In this document: piece by piece, positions 1 through 10,887 of the stretch
Position numbering within the stretch: position 1 is the stretch's first letter
Layout: each line of letters opens with the position of its first letter
Source: Octopus sinensis
Taxonomy: Eukaryota
Assembly (NCBI RefSeq): GCF_006345805.1
Contig: NW_021836220.1
Location: 1-25,156 of the forward strand
DNA: 25,156 nucleotides
Direction: 5' to 3'
The notes under the pieces: model-generated
Seen by the model: the letters and a program-made list of their open reading frames with translations, nothing else
Database searches by the model: none
What the model was told of the DNA's origin: nothing
Made by a program: the position numbers and the translations under genes

Positions 1-335
1 TATGATGACCATGGGTGCACCTATGAGGTTCCCCTCCGGGGTACAAGTCTAGGCGGAAAGTCACCTCACAGGCAAATGTACAACCTAGGGTTATTTTTAT
101 GGAAGATCAGCAGTTGCCCATGCGTACCAGCTTCTCCTCTCCATGCCACCGATGCTAACCAAGGGAAAGGCAAAGTCTGATACAGCTTGGCACCAGTGAC
201 ATCGCAACTCATTTCTACAGCTGAGTGAATTGGAGCAAAGGTGTCTTGCTTAAGAACACAATACACAGCCTGGTCTGAGGATTGAACTCACAACCTATGA
301 TCGTAAACTGTAACCACTGAGCCATGTGCCTTCAC
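1..335 (-). mobile_element. tRNA-headed SINE with CORE-like body (runs off window start)
   Basis: Minus strand begins GTGAAGGCACATGGCTCAGTGGTT (A-box-like) and GAGTTCAATCC (B-box-like), then TGTGTTCTTAAGCAAGACAC..CCAATTCACTCAGCTGTAGAAATGAG, a segment shared with copies at 487, 4478 and 6963. Confidence 0.8.
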
Positions 336-398
336 TATATACTGTATAGGCATTATATATAATATATATATATATATATTATATATATTATACATATA

Positions 399-429
<31 letters not shown>

Positions 430-486
430 GTGTATAATATATCTATTATATATACATAATATTATATTTTATATATGTGTGTGTAT

Positions 487-762
487 GTGAAGGCACATGG
501 CTTAGTCGTTAGGGTGTTGCACTCACGATTGCAAAATTGTGGGTTCAATTCCAAGACCGGGCATTGCATTGTGTTCTAGAACAAAGCACTTTATTTCATG
601 TTGCTCTGCAATCATTTCAACATCTGACATGTGGGCACCCAGTTGCACCTGTACAGGTAATGTCAATCTGATGGAGGGAGTGAGCTTAGGTCTACACAAA
701 CATCTGATCACTATAAAACAAATCATCTGTGAGGTTGTTCGGTAAGAAATTGTCAAACCCTC
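487..762 (+). mobile_element. tRNA-headed SINE, different 3' half
   Basis: GTGAAGGCACATGGCTTAGTCGTTAGGG...GGGTTCAATTCC head and CORE-like segment; the tail is unrelated to the 1-335 copy. Confidence 0.75.
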
Positions 763-799
763 ATATGTCGTCTAATGACAAGAGAGTCCGTCATATATA

Positions 800-1165
800 T
801 CATCATCATCATCATTTAATATTCGCTTTTCATGTGTTGGACTGTTTGACATGGGGCTGTCCTGACTCCAGCTGTCTGTTGTGTCATTGTTTCTACAGCT
901 GGATGCCCTTCCTGATGCCAACCACTTAACAGAGGGTGCTGGGTGCCTTTTACATGTCACCAGCATATGTGTGTTTACACAGCACCAACATGAGCATGTT
1001 AATGCAGCACTGGCACAGGTGACTTATAAGTGACACCAGCACCTGAAAGGACAAGCCTGTATGCATAGGACAGAGGTTCTATTTAGCTTGACACGCCTTA
1101 TCAAGTACAGCAAATTACCAGATCACCCGGTCCCTTGTCATTTCCTCAGTGAGGCCCAGCATATG
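800..1165 (-). mobile_element. Diverged RTE-type 3' tail repeat (family R)
   Basis: Contains CTACAGCTGGATGCCCTTCCT, the reverse complement of the AGGAAGGGCATCCAGCTGTAG motif found in about 10 copies in the window, and a (CAT)n tail. Confidence 0.65.
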
Positions 1166-1173
1166 CATATACA

Positions 1174-1401
1174 TATTTCTTTATTGCCCCAGAAGGGGCA
1201 ATAGAGGGGACAAACAAGGACAGACAAAGGGATTAAGTCGATTACATCAACTCCAGTGTGAAACTGGTACTTTATTTATCGATCCCGAAAGGATGAAAGG
1301 CAAAGTCTACCTCGGCGGAATTTGAACTCAGAACGTAACAACAGACGAAATACTGCTAAGCATTTCACCCAACGCGCTAACGTATCTGCCAACTCACCGC
1401 C
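1174..1401 (-). mobile_element. SINE family A, near full length
   Basis: Homologous to 13695-13923 (GACTTTGCCTTTCATCCTTTCGGG..GATAAA..AAGTACCAG core, tRNA-like head). Confidence 0.8.
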
Positions 1402-1596
1402 TTTGTATGCATATGTATATATGCACGTAATATATATATAATTATATACAGGGAAAATTTTAGCCACTTCTCCAAAGACTGAAAAAAAATGAAGAACCTT
1501 AATCAGTTTTCAAAATCTTATTGGGTTCTCATCAAAGGTGTCCACATCATTCTGACAGTCTCCAGAGAAACAAGCAGCCAAACTATTTATATATAT

Positions 1597-1872
1597 GTGG
1601 AGGCGCAATGGCCCAGTGGTTAGGGCAGTGGACTCGCAGTTGTAGGATTGTGGTTTCAATTCCCAGACTGGGCGTTGTGAGTGTTTATTGAGCGAAAACA
1701 CCTTAAGCTCCACGCGGCTCTTTCGCCACAACTTTCTCTCACTCTTTCTTCTGTTGGCCTGCTCGCTTAGCCAGTGGGGTGGCGTCATTTGAAGGCTAAA
1801 ACAGGGCGAAGCGCATTGTGACCAGTGATGTGTAGCAACATCTGATAGCCTGGTCAGTCACGGTGACGGTGA
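1597..1872 (+). mobile_element. SINE family B (tail X)
   Basis: GGAGGCGCAATGGCCCAGTGGTTAGGG head; end-to-end homologous to 16385-16691 on the minus strand; both ends abut (TA)n. Confidence 0.8.
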
Positions 1873-1894
1873 TATATATATATATATACATATA

Positions 1895-1990
1895 TACGAC
1901 GGGCTTCTTTCAGTTTCCATCTACCAAATCCATTCACAAGGCTTTGGTCGGCCCGAAGCTATAGTAGAAGATACTTACCCAAGGTGCCAC
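1895..1990 (-). mobile_element. SINE family C fragment
   Basis: Matches the internal part of 17381-17778 (GACGGGCTTCTTTCAGTTTCC..CCCAAGGTGCCAC). Confidence 0.7.
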
Positions 1991-2164
1991 GGTTTGGTGC
2001 AGGATGTGTGCAAATGATCAATGTGAGCAATAAACTTTCCCCTGTATTTCCGTGTTGAAAGGTTAAGTCAACCTCGGTTGTCATTTGAAATCAGAACGTA
2101 AAGACAGATCAAATGCTACTGAGCATTTTGCCTGGTACATATGTGTGTGTGTGTGTGTGTGTTA

Positions 2165-2492
2165 TAGTGCTGGGCAAAATGTTTAGCAGTATTTCAACTG
2201 TCTTTACATTCTGATTTCAAATGCCGCCGAAGTTGACTTTGCCTTTCATCACTCCGAGGTCAATAAATTAAGTACCAGTTGAACACTGGGGATCGATTTA
2301 ATCAAATTAATCCCTCCCCAAAATTGCTGACCTTGTGCCAAAACATGAAACCATTATCATTAATAGGTCGGTTTCGCCTTTCACCCTTTCAGGGTCAAAT
2401 AAATAAGTACCAGTTGAGAGCAGTGGTGTTCAATACAATCAACTTAGACCCTTCCCAGAAATTGCTGGCCTTGTGACAAAAATTGAAACCAT
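2165..2492 (+). mobile_element. SINE family A variant with partial tandem duplication (~136-bp offset)
   Basis: GCCTTTCA at 2241 and 2377, each followed by AAGTACCAGTTGA..AAATTGCTG(A/G)CCTTGTG..GAAACCA. Confidence 0.7.
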
Positions 2493-2516
2493 AATAATAA
2501 TAATAATAATAATAAA

Positions 2517-2575
<59 letters not shown>

Positions 2576-2937
2576 GTAGTAGTAGTAGTGGTAGTAGTTA
2601 GTAGTAGTAGTAGTATTCATCATCATCATCATCATTGTTTAACATCCGTTCTCCATGCTAGCATGGGTTGGACGGTTCGACCGGGGATCTGGGAAGCCAG
2701 AAGGCTGCACCAGGCTCCAGTCTGATCTGGCAGTGTTTCTACAGCTGGATGCCCTTCCTAATGCCAACCACTCCGAGAGTGTGTAATGGGTGCTTTTTAC
2801 GTGCCACCGGCACATTATTATTATTGTTGTTGTTGTTGTTGTTGTTGTTATCATCATCATCATTATTATCATTATTATTTTTATTATTATTTTTATTATT
2901 ATTATTATTATCATTATTATTTTTATTATTATTATTA

Positions 2938-2993
<56 letters not shown>

Positions 2994-3050
2994 CATCATC
3001 ATCATCATCATCATCATCATTCTGATTCCTATCATCATCATTATTACTAT
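2493..3050. repeat. Compound trinucleotide microsatellites (AAT/ATT/AGT/GTT/CAT) around an R-family insert
   Basis: Seen directly; explains ORFs 2639-3083. Confidence 0.95.
2618..2813 (-). mobile_element. Family R (RTE-type tail), well-preserved copy
   Basis: Near-identical reverse complement of 18467-18650; ends in (GAT)n. Confidence 0.8.
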
Positions 3051-3421
3051 TTCAATATTTCAAACAAAAATAAAATAAAATAAATAAAAACAAAAAAACA
3101 AAAAACAAAGCAAAGTTTTATTTCTATGCAAATGAAAGAATAATAATGAAAACAAAAATTAAAAATAAAAACAAAAATAAAAATACAACAGGGTAGGCGA
3201 GGCGGAATAAGAATGAAAGAGATTAAGCCATATGTTTAATTATATTCTGTTCAATAGGAAATTAAGAATTATTGGTATTCAGCACCAGTGAATCTGATAC
3301 ATTAACATCTCTTTTCCTGCATCCCCACAAATTGCTACTTTGAAATCTATATTTTTCAATAGTTCACAGATTTATTTTCTATACATTAAATAAATCTAGC
3401 AAAAGAGATTTAAACCTACAA

Positions 3422-3538
3422 CTATATATATATACACATATATATACATATTATATATAATAACACACACACACACCATACATATATACATATACATATA
3501 CATACATACATATATATAATATATATACATATATATAT

Positions 3539-3574
<36 letters not shown>

Positions 3575-3774
3575 TGTATATAATATATATAATACATCAC
3601 ATATACATACATACATATATTATATACATATACACACACACATATATATATATACAAAATGAAACAAAAGGCTGAGATAATTTTAAGTATAGAAACAATT
3701 TAAAAGACATTCTCATCATTATGTGTATGCGTGTGGTGTGTGTGTCGGCTGGGTGGTTTATGTGTCTGTACAAG

Positions 3775-3810
<36 letters not shown>

Positions 3811-3867
3811 ATATATATATACATGCTGTATATATTTACTGAGGGTGCAAATATAGATGTAGCTATT

Positions 3868-3901
<34 letters not shown>

Positions 3902-4133
3902 CTATATATACTATATATATATATATATATATGATATATGATATATATGTGTATGTATCTACTTATCTATTATATATATGTATGTATATGTATATATGTG
4001 TGTTTATATATATACATGTATACATGCTATATATATATATATATATATACATATATATACACACACATATGTATATATCATCATCATCATCATCATCATC
4101 GTTTAGCATCTGTTTTCCATGCTAGCATGGGTT

Positions 4134-4165
<32 letters not shown>

Positions 4166-4320
4166 CCACAACACATGATATATGATATATGTATGTTTGT
4201 ATGTATGCATGTAAGAAATTTGATGTGTGGGCGTGCATGTTTGCACATACACACACACATACATACATTCACACATACATACATACAACTATGCGTACAT
4301 GCATACGCATATATGAGCTA
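3422..4320. repeat. (TA)n/(TG)n/(CA)n microsatellite-rich block
   Basis: Seen directly; source of the YI/CV-rich ORFs. Confidence 0.9.
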
Positions 4321-4477
4321 ACCAACAAGCTACTATATGGTCACTTGAACTGAAAGAAGTAGCAGTTAAATTTTCCTCAAACAAATGGACATATCTAGAA
4401 AGTAAAGAAAAATGGGGCAATGATGGAGGTGATGCACATAAAAAACCCCCACAAAATAATGTGTTAACTGGGTTAAA

Positions 4478-4606
4478 TGAAGGTACATGGCTCAGTGATT
4501 AGTGCATTTGGCTCAAAGTCATGAGGTAGTGATTTCAAACCTTGGACTGGACTCTGTGTTGTGTTCTTGAGCAAGATACTTTACTTCACATTGCTCCAGT
4601 TCACTC
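4478..4606 (+). mobile_element. Truncated tRNA-head/CORE-like SINE
   Basis: TGAAGGTACATGGCTCAGTG..GTGTTCTTGAGCAAGATAC..CCAGTTCACTC. Confidence 0.65.
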
Positions 4607-4628
4607 TGCTCTTTCTCCTTTTTTTTTG

Positions 4629-4825
4629 TCTCTTACTTGTTTCAGTCATTTGACTGTGGCCATGCTAGAGCACTGCTTTTAGTCGAGCAAATCGACCCCA
4701 GGACTTATTCTTTGGAAGCCTAGTACTTATTCTATCGGTTTCTTTTGCTGAACTGCTAAGTTACGGGACGTAAACACACCAGCATCGGTTGTCAAGTGAT
4801 GTTGGGTGGACAAACACAAACACAA
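4629..4825 (-). mobile_element. SINE family C, 3' half
   Basis: Homologous to 17395-17590 and 20740-20932. Confidence 0.75.
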
Positions 4826-5140
4826 ACATACACACACACACACACACACAACACACACACACACACACACATACACACACACACACACACACAGCGGTGG
4901 CAAGCAGATGAGTGGGAGTAAGCGGAGGGTGAGAGAGGTGGCAGGGAGTGAGAGCAGTGGCAGCAGTGGTGATGAAGATGACGAAGATGACAATGATGGT
5001 GATGATGATGATGACTATGGCAACGACAGCAACAACAATGATTATGATAATGATGAAGACGATGAGGAGGAGGAGGAGGAGGATGATGATGATGATGACG
5101 ACGATGATGATGTTGATGACGATGACGATGATGATGACAT
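4826..5140. repeat. (CA)n then GAT/GAC/GAG/AAC trinucleotide mosaic
   Basis: Seen directly. Confidence 0.9.
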
Positions 5141-5598
5141 ATAAAAAACAAGACACTCGACCAGGCTGACCTGGAGTTGGATAACACCAGGCAACTGATA
5201 GGTTGTCTGCCAGAAAAATCATATGGAATATTTTTATGGAAAGATAATTAATGAAAACATACATTCCATCATCTTAATTACAAATTATATTTAATTATAT
5301 TTGATACGAAAAACAAAACCAAAAAAAAAACTAACAAAAAGACTTAAAATAAATTGGCCACTTCCTGTCAAATAGTTGCGAATGTTACAATGCCAAAGCA
5401 AACACTTGGATAATTAGCATCGTAACCAACAGATGTAGTCATGTGGTTAAGAAGTTTGCTTCGTAGTCTTGTGATTTGGGGTTCAAGCTAACTGTTGGAC
5501 ACCTTGGAAGAAGGGTTTTCTACCATCGTCAAAGGTTGCCTGTAAAATTTAGGAGTAAGAAGCTGTGGTGTTAAGTTCATGGCCAGGTTCTGGTTTTT

Positions 5599-6303
5599 CT
5601 GTCAGTTACAATGATGAGGGTTCCAGTTGATCCGATCAATGGAACAGCCAGCTTGTGAAATTAGCATGCAAGTGGCTGAGCACTCCACAGATATACATAC
5701 GTGTAGTGACGCTATTTTGGAAGTTTTCAGCGCGCATGCACAGAGTTGGATTACTTCCAGTAGGCCGCCGGAAGTTCCCTCATGCACATGCGCAGAGAAC
5801 TGCAAACTGAAAGCGTTCCCGCTAGATCAGCGTTTTTGAAGCTGCAGCCCTATCGAGAGGACATGACTGAACCTTCTCTCAAGGAAACCCAACACGTAGA
5901 GAAGCCCCCTTCTATGCAGGAACGGAGACAGCATTTTGGCTCTCACAAGTTAACTATTGTGAATAGTTTTATGGCCTTGGCTACCAGTTCGCCCTGAAGA
6001 AGATATATGTGTATATATTTTTATTTGTGAATCCAGACAAAAATAAAAATATTATTTATTGCTGTTGAAGATAGTCGAAGTTTTGATTTTCCTTTTGACA
6101 CAATTGATTGTAACAAGATAAGACCGACACCCCTCAAGTGTTCCTGAGACCTTCATCTTGTTACATACGTAAAGGTTACCTACTTGAGTCATGCCTTGGT
6201 TTCCACAATGTATATATCCCCCACCTGGACAGAACGCAGGATTACTCACTTTTGCCAGTTGAGTGGACTGGAACAATGTCAAAATGAAGTGCTTTGCTCA
6301 AGA
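5599..6303 (-). mobile_element. Older SINE split by the 5702-6165 insertion
   Basis: 5599-5701 matches 6647-6745 (GAGGG..CCAG.TGAT.CGATCAA.GGAACAGC); about 6245-6303 matches the CORE-like part 6825-6880. Confidence 0.6.
5702..6165. mobile_element. Candidate solo LTR, 464 bp
   Basis: Starts TGTA and ends TACA, flanked by TACG at 5698-5701 and 6166-6169; AATAAA at 6042-6047; interrupts a SINE. Confidence 0.6.
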
Positions 6304-6574
6304 TTTTCTACAGGGAGCATGCCCTTGCTTACCCCCAACTTAAGTGGTCCCGAGACCAAGGCCTCTACCATGATTTTTAAGAAATGTGATGGGAAACTAG
6401 CTCAGGAAGGCAGGGGTGCTATACTCTGAGACCCCTTTCAGAGTATCCCCCACCCACCTGTTCTGGCTATTGCAATTTATGACAGTAAAACTTGGAAGGG
6501 TAGAATCAGGACAGATAAAAAACTAAATGTATTCCTTCAAATGTGACTCAGAAAGATCCAGAAGGATCTTTCTA

Positions 6575-7175
6575 ATCTTTTCTACTCTAGGCACACGGCC
6601 TGAAATTTTGGGGGAGGGGGCCAGTCGATAAAAAAAAAAAAAGACTCCGCCGGTTACGACGACGAGGGTCCCAGCTGATACGATCAACGGAACAGCTTGC
6701 TCGTGAAATTAACGTGCAAATGGCTGAGCATTCCACAGACACGTGTACCCTTAACGTAGTTCTCGGGGATAATCAGCGTGACACAGAGAGTGACAAGGCT
6801 GACCCTTTGAAATACAAGTACAACTCATTTTTGCCAGCTGAGTGGACTGGAGCAACGTGAAATAAAGTGTCTTGCTCAAGGACACAACGCGTCGCCGGGA
6901 ATCGAACTCACAACCTTACGATCATGAGCCGAATGCCCTAACCACTAAGCCACGCGCCCTCACGCCAGTCGATTAGATCAAGCCTAGTACACATCAAAGT
7001 GACACTGGGGTAAAATATACAAAACCCAGTATACCCATCATGACTACCAGTATACCCATCATGACTAGCCGTCAGATAAGGGTACACCAGGCACATGCAT
7101 CACAACCATGTATGCGCAACATGGTGGTCACATATCAAGATAAACAGCGCATAACCTTGCAGGTGGAGCCCAGTT
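6575..7175 (-). mobile_element. Host SINE-like element (family A-type tail) interrupted by 6630-6963
   Basis: Rejoining across the TSD gives TAATCGACTGGCCCCCTCCCCCAAAATTTCAGGCCGTGTGCCTAGAGTAGAAAAG on the minus strand; exact 21-bp tandem duplication at 7026-7067. Confidence 0.6.
6630..6963 (-). mobile_element. Young full-length tRNA-head/CORE-like SINE with 10-bp TSD
   Basis: TSD GCCAGTCGAT at 6620-6629 and 6964-6973; clear A/B boxes; CpG-rich; A13 at 6630-6642. Confidence 0.9.
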
Positions 7176-7194
7176 CATTATTATTATTATTATT

Positions 7195-7364
7195 CAGTAG
7201 TTTTATTTTTATAGCGTGCTTTCACTTCACTACCGAGCACAGCTCTGTGTGCCTTGGGTATGTGCTGTGATTTGTTGTGATGCTCTGATGGTTATTGTAT
7301 GGAAAGTGTTCTGCGTAGGATGTGTGCAGTGCCTAGTAGTGCAATTTTCTGTGTGTTATATGTG

Positions 7365-7365
<1 letters not shown>
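7195..7365 (-). mobile_element. 3' end of an R4/Dong-like non-LTR retrotransposon
   Basis: Minus 7363-7292 reads TYNTQKIALLGTAHILRRTLSIQ*, resembling the C-terminus after the REL endonuclease of R4/Dong elements; (ATT)n on both sides. Confidence 0.7.
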
Positions 7366-7410
<45 letters not shown>

Positions 7411-7736
7411 GTTATTATTATCATCATTATTATCAATTGTCTCAAAGTAGACAATACAATAATCTTCTTTACATCATATTCATACATATAACATTAACCG
7501 CACCACCCCTGATGTAAAAGTAGTTATAATAGAAATATGATTCTTTTTTTTTTTTTTGTGTGATGTACTAATGATTCTGCCAGCTCACTGCCTTAATTTT
7601 AAATATGCAATGCCTGCCAAAAAACAGAAGAAGCAGAAAGAAAAAAGCGATTGAATACGCATGGTTGAAGTGCTTTTGATCATAGATCTGCAAAATCAAG
7701 TCTGACCCGGGTCTAAACAAACGAACAAACGAACAA

Positions 7737-7807
7737 ACGCTGCTGCTGCTACTACTACTACTACTACTACTACTACAACTACTACAACTACTACTACTAC
7801 TACTACC

Positions 7808-7843
<36 letters not shown>

Positions 7844-8050
7844 TCTGCTACTACTACTAATACTACCACCACCACCACCACCACCACCACCACCACCACC
7901 ACTACTACTACTACTACTATTACTACTACTACTACTACGACGACGACGACGACCACCACCACCACCACTACTACTACCACTACTGCTGCTGCTGCTGCTG
8001 CTGCTTCTACTACTACTACTACTACTACTACAGCCACAGCAGCAACAATA
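7737..8050. repeat. GCT/ACT/ACC/ACG trinucleotide mosaic with an internally duplicated block
   Basis: Seen directly; (ACT)n(GCT)nTCT block at about 7810-7858 and 7970-8020. Confidence 0.9.
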
Positions 8051-8205
8051 ACAATAGAAGTTATCAATGTTTTATATATATATATATATATTTTGAGAGA
8101 GATCAAAGCTGTTTGATTCAGACTTCTTGGTAGTCTGAGTTGCAAGCGTGTGGCTAGTCTTTGCTTATTGGGGGTCTTATATATATATATATACACATAT
8201 ATATA

Positions 8206-8385
8206 TTCACAGAAAAACAAAAGGCAAAGACAGGTGTATAAACAACAAGCAGGTGTATTAGTTTTGACGCTCGGGAACATGAGAAAACCTTTTACGTTTT
8301 GAGCCTATGCTCTTCAACAGAAAGGAACACGAGAAACTAAACAGAGAGAGAATAAAAAAAAACTTTGGGGGCTAGTGGTCGTGGG
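8206..8385 (-). mobile_element. Short hammerhead-bearing element, family H2 (probable Penelope-like terminus)
   Basis: Homologous to 19614-19810; 3' end runs into (TA)n. Confidence 0.6.
8288..8325 (-). ncRNA. Degenerate minimal type I hammerhead motif (CUGUUGA core, G12>A)
   Basis: CCTTT CTGTTGA A GAGC atag GCTC AAAA C GTA AAAGG: 5-bp stem I, 4-bp stem II. Confidence 0.55.
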
Positions 8386-8494
8386 CACCGTTAATCGAAA
8401 AGTTAACTGTGTTAATCATTATTCTGTTAACCGAGAAGTTAAATTCCACCAAGGTCAACTTTGCCTTTCATCCTTTCGGGGTCGATAAATTAAG

Positions 8495-9571
8495 TGCCAG
8501 TTGCATACTGAGGTTGCTTTAATCAACTGGTCTCACTTTCCTAAAGTTTCAGGCCTTGTGCCTCGAGTAGAAAAGTATATTACCTTGCTGGGAACACGTG
8601 AGGGTCAGTGAGATGAAGGGCATCCAGCCTGCCAATTGCATACAAGGGTCGCTTCAATTGGCCCAACTTCCCCAAAATTCCGGGCCTTGTACCTAGAGCA
8701 GAAAAGTATATTACCTTGCTGGGAACACATGAAGGTCGGTGACATGAAGGGCATCCAGCCTGCCAGCTGCGTACTGGGTTCGTTCTAATCAACTGGCCCC
8801 ACTTCCCAAAAATTCTGGGCCTTGTACCTAGAGCAGAAAAGTATATTACCTTGCTGGGAACACATGAAGGTCGGTGACATGAAGGGCATCTGACCTGCCA
8901 GTTGTGTGCCGGGGTCGCTCTAATCAACTGGCCTCACTTTCCAAAACTTTCGGGTCTTGTGCCTAGAACAGAAAAGTATATTATCTTGCTGCGAACACAT
9001 GAGGGTTGGTGACATGAAGGGCATCCAGCCTGCCAGTTGCGCTACCAGGGTCACTCTAATCAATTGGCCCCACTTCCCCAAAATTTTGGGCCTTGTGCCT
9101 AGAGCAGAAAAGTATATTACCTTGCTGCGAACACATGAGGGTTGGTGACATGAAGGGCATCCAGCCTGCAAGTTGTGTATTGGGGTCGCTCTAATCAACT
9201 GGCCCCACTTCCCAAAAATTTTGGGCCTTGTGCCTAGAGCAGAAAAGTATATTACCTTGCTGGGAACACATGAGGGTTGGTGACATGAAGGGCATCCAGC
9301 CTGCAAGTTGTGTATTGGGGTCACTCTAATCAACTGGCCCCACTTTCCAAAAGTTTTGGGCTTTGTGCCTTGACTACAAAAGTATATTACCTTGCTAGGA
9401 GCACATGAGGGTGGGTGACATGAAGAGCATCCAGCTTGCCAGTTGCATACCGGGGTCACTTTAATCAATTGGCCCCACTTTCCAAAAATTTTGGGTCTTG
9501 TACCTAGAGCAGAAAAGTATGTTACCTTGCTGGGAACATATGAGGGTCGGTGACAGGAAGGGCATCCAGCC
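8495..9571. repeat. Tandem array of 8 units of ~135 bp
   Basis: Units start at 8495, 8630, 8761, 8896, 9031, 9167, 9302 and 9437 (lengths 135, 131, 135, 135, 136, 135, 135, 135). Confidence 0.95.
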
Positions 9572-10288
9572 ATAGAAATTCTGCTTCAACCACCCACACA
9601 AGTATGGAAAAGTAGATGTTAAAAATGACGACAATGATAACAATGACGATGATTGCTGAAACATGTAACAAATCTGGGTAAAACAGCTTACGATGCATCT
9701 CCAAAGTAATGCACGATGGACACACATTTTTGAAATGTTTTTTTTAAGCACACAGAAAAATATCTGACAGCAAAACACCAGAAGTGAAAAACAACAACAA
9801 CTAAAAAAAAAAAAATACAAAAAAAAAAGAAACCAAAAGTAAAAAAAAAAAAAACAAACTACCAAACAAAAACAAAACACAAACTGAATGAAAAATCAAA
9901 CAATTTCACCATAAAATCTCAGATAATTTGATATGGAAAAATATTTAGTGTTATTGTGATTCAATCAATGAATCAGAAGTTCAATAGATTTTTCACGACA
10001 GAGAGAGAGTGCAACAGCTGACACTTGACAACAACCACAGCAACAGTAACAGCAACAGGAGCAGCAGCAGCAGCAGTAGCAGCAGTAGCAGCTGTGTTAT
10101 ATATGACATGTTGTAGCTGTTTAGCCTAAGCCTGATCGAGCAGGCGATCAATTAGAGACTCTCCACTCATGACCGATTCATCCTTTCTTTTTTTTTGTTG
10201 CATGTAGGATTAAATATGTTATCTCATGTGTCCTGACTTTCTCTCTCTTTCTCTTGCTATACACACACACAGACACACATGTATATAC

Positions 10289-10434
10289 GGCATTAGGAAG
10301 GGCATCCAGCAGTAGAAACCATGCCAAATCAGACTAGAGTCTGGTGCAGCCCCTCAGCTTAACAGCCCTGGTGAAACCATCCAACATATGCCAGCATGGA
10401 CAATGGGCATTAAATAATGATGATGACGATGATG

Positions 10435-10436
<2 letters not shown>
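10289..10436 (+). mobile_element. Family R tail
   Basis: GGCATTAGGAAGGGCATCCAGC..CCAGCATGGA..(GAT)n. Confidence 0.75.
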
Positions 10437-10476
<40 letters not shown>

Positions 10477-10553
10477 AAATATTAGTGAATAAAACCAAAC
10501 TTACAGGGAAAAATCAGATTTAGGATTAAATCTAATTTTATAGTAAAATATTA

Positions 10554-10887
10554 TATTATATTAAATTAGAGATAAAACCACTATTAGGCAAATCATACAA
10601 TGAAAAACTTAAGCCAATACATAAGATTAATTAATTTATATTATTTTAAATATATCAAAATTATTAAAAAAAGATAATGAGTATAACACTACGATCGTTT
10701 CATGGCTGTCCAATTCGTAATTATTACGAATTGGACAGCCATAAAACGATCATAGTATTATACTCATTATCTTTTTTTAATAATTTTGATATATTTAAAA
10801 TAATATAAATTAATTAATCTTATGTATTGGCTTAAGTTTTTCATTGTATGATTTGCCTAATAGTGGTTTTATCTCTAATTTAATATA

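Noticed and set aside
3270-3360. Minus-strand peptide DFKVAICGDAGKEM resembling a P-loop start
   Set aside because: No GxxxxGK[ST] completion, an early stop and a poor acceptor context.
2639-4321. Poly-I/L/Y/N and YI-repeat ORFs
   Set aside because: Microsatellite artefacts; the same applies at 16587-16876 and 18958-19666.
4727-5264. His-, Asp/Glu- and Ile/Val-rich ORFs
   Set aside because: All are readings of CA and GAT/GAC/GAG microsatellites.
5990-6050. CTGAAGA as another hammerhead start
   Set aside because: No stem II or GAAA-N-UH partner found downstream. Similar partial hits at 9658 (GAAACATGTA) and 22208-22235 also lack the other half.
6550-6573. 10-bp perfect hairpin (and a 9-bp one at about 6420-6447)
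   Set aside because: Short, isolated and partly inside a SINE tail; compatible with chance or local fold-back mutation.
6890-6963. Possible tRNA gene
   Set aside because: Imperfect acceptor and anticodon stems; it continues directly into a SINE body within a TSD. The same applies to the other tRNA-like heads.
7696-8280. Poly-Val/Ala ORF (poly-Thr, mucin-like, on the plus strand)
   Set aside because: Trinucleotide mosaic; the plus frame has a stop at 7703 with no ATG or acceptor before the repeat.
8495-9571. CRISPR-like array
   Set aside because: Whole units are homologous with no unique spacers; eukaryotic context with no cas genes.
8580-9573. ORFs with repeated CPSCH (CxxCH), superficially a multi-haem cytochrome c
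   Set aside because: The motif is the antisense reading of TGACATGAAGGGCATCC from the R repeat. The long frame follows from the 135-bp unit, the 131- and 136-bp units break the frame, and there is no signal peptide or gene context.
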